A stretch of DNA of 64,000 nucleotides. Origin: Chlorokybus atmophyticus (taxonomy: Eukaryota > Plantae > Mesostigma and Chlorokybus algae). Within the stretch, counting starts at the first letter, position 1; the number at the start of each line of letters is the position of its first letter. Below, one piece after another: positions 61,721 to 64,000 of the stretch. The notes beneath the pieces are model-generated. The model ran no database searches. It was not told the DNA's origin and saw only the letters and a list, made by a program, of their open reading frames with translations. The position numbers and the translations under genes are program-made. The stretch lies in assembly GCA_009103225.1 (NCBI GenBank), contig RHPI01002402.1, positions 591,412-655,411 of the forward strand, given 5' to 3'.

Positions 61721-64000
61721 ATGTCGGGTATGTGGTGTGCACCCTCAGCTCATACTGAGAGGCTCGTGTGGTAACTTGGAAAGACTCCTTCAACTAGCGT
61801 TCCTTCGTTGGTCATATAGCATGCTTGCATGCATTGTTTTCTTCCGGCGCACGCACTCTGACGCTTGCTCACTCATTGCCTATATCGGTTTGCTTTGCTC
61901 ACTGTGCGTCATGGGAGGTGTGTGCTGCCCAACGTCATCACACTCTGCATAGAGCTATCACGTTGTTAGCTCACAACCTTCATGTTGCGCGCGCGGAGGG
62001 GGGGGGACATACTTCCCAAAGCGTCCCCTCAACATGCACGTGTGATGAGTCATCGTCAATACCAAGCTACATGAAGCAACACGCCATTACAGTCGTCTGC
62101 ATCTCCAAGCCACACACTCAGGTTACAGACATTTTTGCGCTTGCAGGTGTCACTCAGCAAGTTGGACAATACTGCTCGGAGCATGCGTCGTCTTGCGCTA
62201 TGCATGCGCACTGGACACTGGTCCACAGCCAAGTTCTGGTAAATGTCACGGCTACGAGAGCGCCATTTGCAGCACACAAAGCAAAACGATGGCAAGCTAA
62301 TCACGTACCTGCTTCGCAGATGTACAGCGCAATGTGGCAGTCACCATTTCGCCAGCATTTCGCGGCATCATCCTGCTCGCTGGACTGCAGTCACAGCAAG
62401 TGCCAGTCACGCTAAGTGACCCATCAGATGTTACGCTGACATTCCGCGGACAGCACAGCAGCAAGTTGCCTGGGAATGATCTTGTGAGTGCACGAGTACC
62501 AGCAATTCAATATGCACTCATTGCACAAACGACAAAACCTCTTGTAGTGACTGACCCGGTAGGTACGGCTGGCAGGTGTTTGACCCACCGGAACTTGATT
62601 TCCGCCGAGATGGTCCCAACACACTGTACTTCTCTGTCACAGCCACGGCCCCTGGGCAGTACACCGTCAGTTATGTGATCAGCGGTGCTGATGCTACAGA
62701 CATAAAGTGGCCGCTCCAAGTAAGCTCAACTGTTGGGCTACCGTTCGATTGTCAAGCTGCTGATGCTTTGTCTTTCTCTCATAACGGAAGTCGTTGCCCA
62801 GTGCATGTCTAACTACAGCATGATGCCAGGCTAGCATCATAAGAGTGAAGCCAAGGGAGATCTTTGCCATGAGGCCTCGCCTGGACGTTGCATACATCGG
62901 GCGACCGTCAAGAGAAGTAAGAACCCTTCCTCACGAGCATATCACTCAACTACTTTGCACTAGTAGTTGTGCGATGACCTGCGGTTTGCTACAGTATGCG
63001 GTGTCCCTTTCCAAGCCCAGCAATGTGATGCTGGTTCCCCAAGCTGCTGGGGTTAGCTTCATACCAGAGAGCCTAGTCTTTCAGCGGAGTCTTCCACAAA
63101 CTGCCAGCTTCCAGCTGGTGGCTTCTGAGGATGCGGTAAGCTAGTTGACTCTGGCAGCATGCCAACAGCTGGATTGGCATGTAAGTTACAATGCTGCATT
63201 GGCAGGCTGAAGCGGGAAATGTAACAGTAACATACAAGGTGGAATGCTTTGACGACCAATGCGATGCTATGAACTTTGTGACACCGACACCACAACACCT
63301 CGTTGTGAAGGTAGCTAAGCTGTTCCTGCCACTGCCATGCCGCCATGCCACCTTGCTACTTGATACTGTGTCTACTTCGAACATTATTGATGCTGGTTGA
63401 GTTGTTGCAGAAGCGGATACAGTTGCACGTGCCTGCGCAGCTGCAAACTCGCATTGGCATGATCACACCGATTGCTGTCAGCTTGTCCTCTGCCTTTGAC
63501 GTGGTGGTAGGCATAAACGCCCCCAAGGTTAGTCCAATCACATGCGTTTGTCACTAGCGTTGTGTAGCTCACGCTCTCACAACTCATGCGCTTACACTGT
63601 GCTGGTGTTACCAGTTGCAGTTGAACAATACATTTCTGCGCTTTACACGAAGTGACGACATCTCTTATGTTGTCGGTGCTACTATGCATGATGATCACGC
63701 CAGTACCTGTCGCAACGAGACATCCGCATGCATATTTGAAGTGGAGTTTGTTGTGTCGGGCATCGACCGTGACTTGTTTGAGCAGCGCCGGTTCACCACC
63801 ATCCTGACCATTGCACCAGTGATATCTTTTGAGGTGCCTCCCCTGGACACCATCCTGTTCATAAACACCACTGCACCCGTCAGGGTTACACGCCCGACGC
63901 TACCAACACAACTGCATGAAGGCAATGAGTTGGAACAAGACGCGTATGTGAGAGTAAACATGACATGCAGCAGCAGCAACATCAACATTGAGCCTGCTGA
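61721..64000 (+). CDS. Large secreted/cell-surface beta-sandwich (Ig/cadherin/Calx-beta-like) repeat protein, truncated by window end
   Basis: Chain of in-phase exons with a signal-like segment (SWTILLGACVVLRYACA). Repeated beta-rich modules: VFDPPELDF...FSVTATAPGQYTVSYVISGADA and GVSFIPESLVF...FQLVA...GNVTVTYKV. The start is inferred. Confidence 0.5.

Overview
This window is intron-rich eukaryotic nuclear DNA from a flagellated green-lineage (Viridiplantae) alga. That assignment rests on transit-peptide genes, a VTE5-type phytol kinase, a plant PEX11B-type peroxin, an FLP/MYB88-like MYB and a SHIPPO-repeat axonemal protein. About 1-9.3 kb is an accessory region rich in transposable elements (TEs). 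It holds a spliced En/Spm(CACTA) TnpA-like gene with subterminal repeats, an orphan minus-strand first exon, palindromic arrays, three diverged CCAAT+hairpin units and a Tc2/pogo-type MITE. About 10-64 kb is a dense run of spliced host genes: R2R3-MYB, a small plastid membrane protein, PEX11B, a ubiquitin-like + integrase-repeat protein, AnmK/levoglucosan-kinase-family kinase, potato-I protease inhibitor, DUS1-like, NHX/NHE antiporter, an MFS transporter, a probable APC15, MUG/TDG glycosylase, RanBPM, a CID/RPRD protein, a roughly 30-repeat SHIPPO protein, a plastid coiled-coil protein, VTE5, and a secreted beta-sandwich protein cut by the window end. The most notable item is a four-exon, bacterial-type AnmK (peptidoglycan-recycling kinase family) in an algal nucleus. 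Gene models were built by hand from GT-AG sites and reading-frame phase. Family assignments come from remembered motifs, not database searches. Poly-C/G runs next to Ns and one 148-bp duplicate are probably assembly artefacts. No rRNA, tRNA or CRISPR array was seen.
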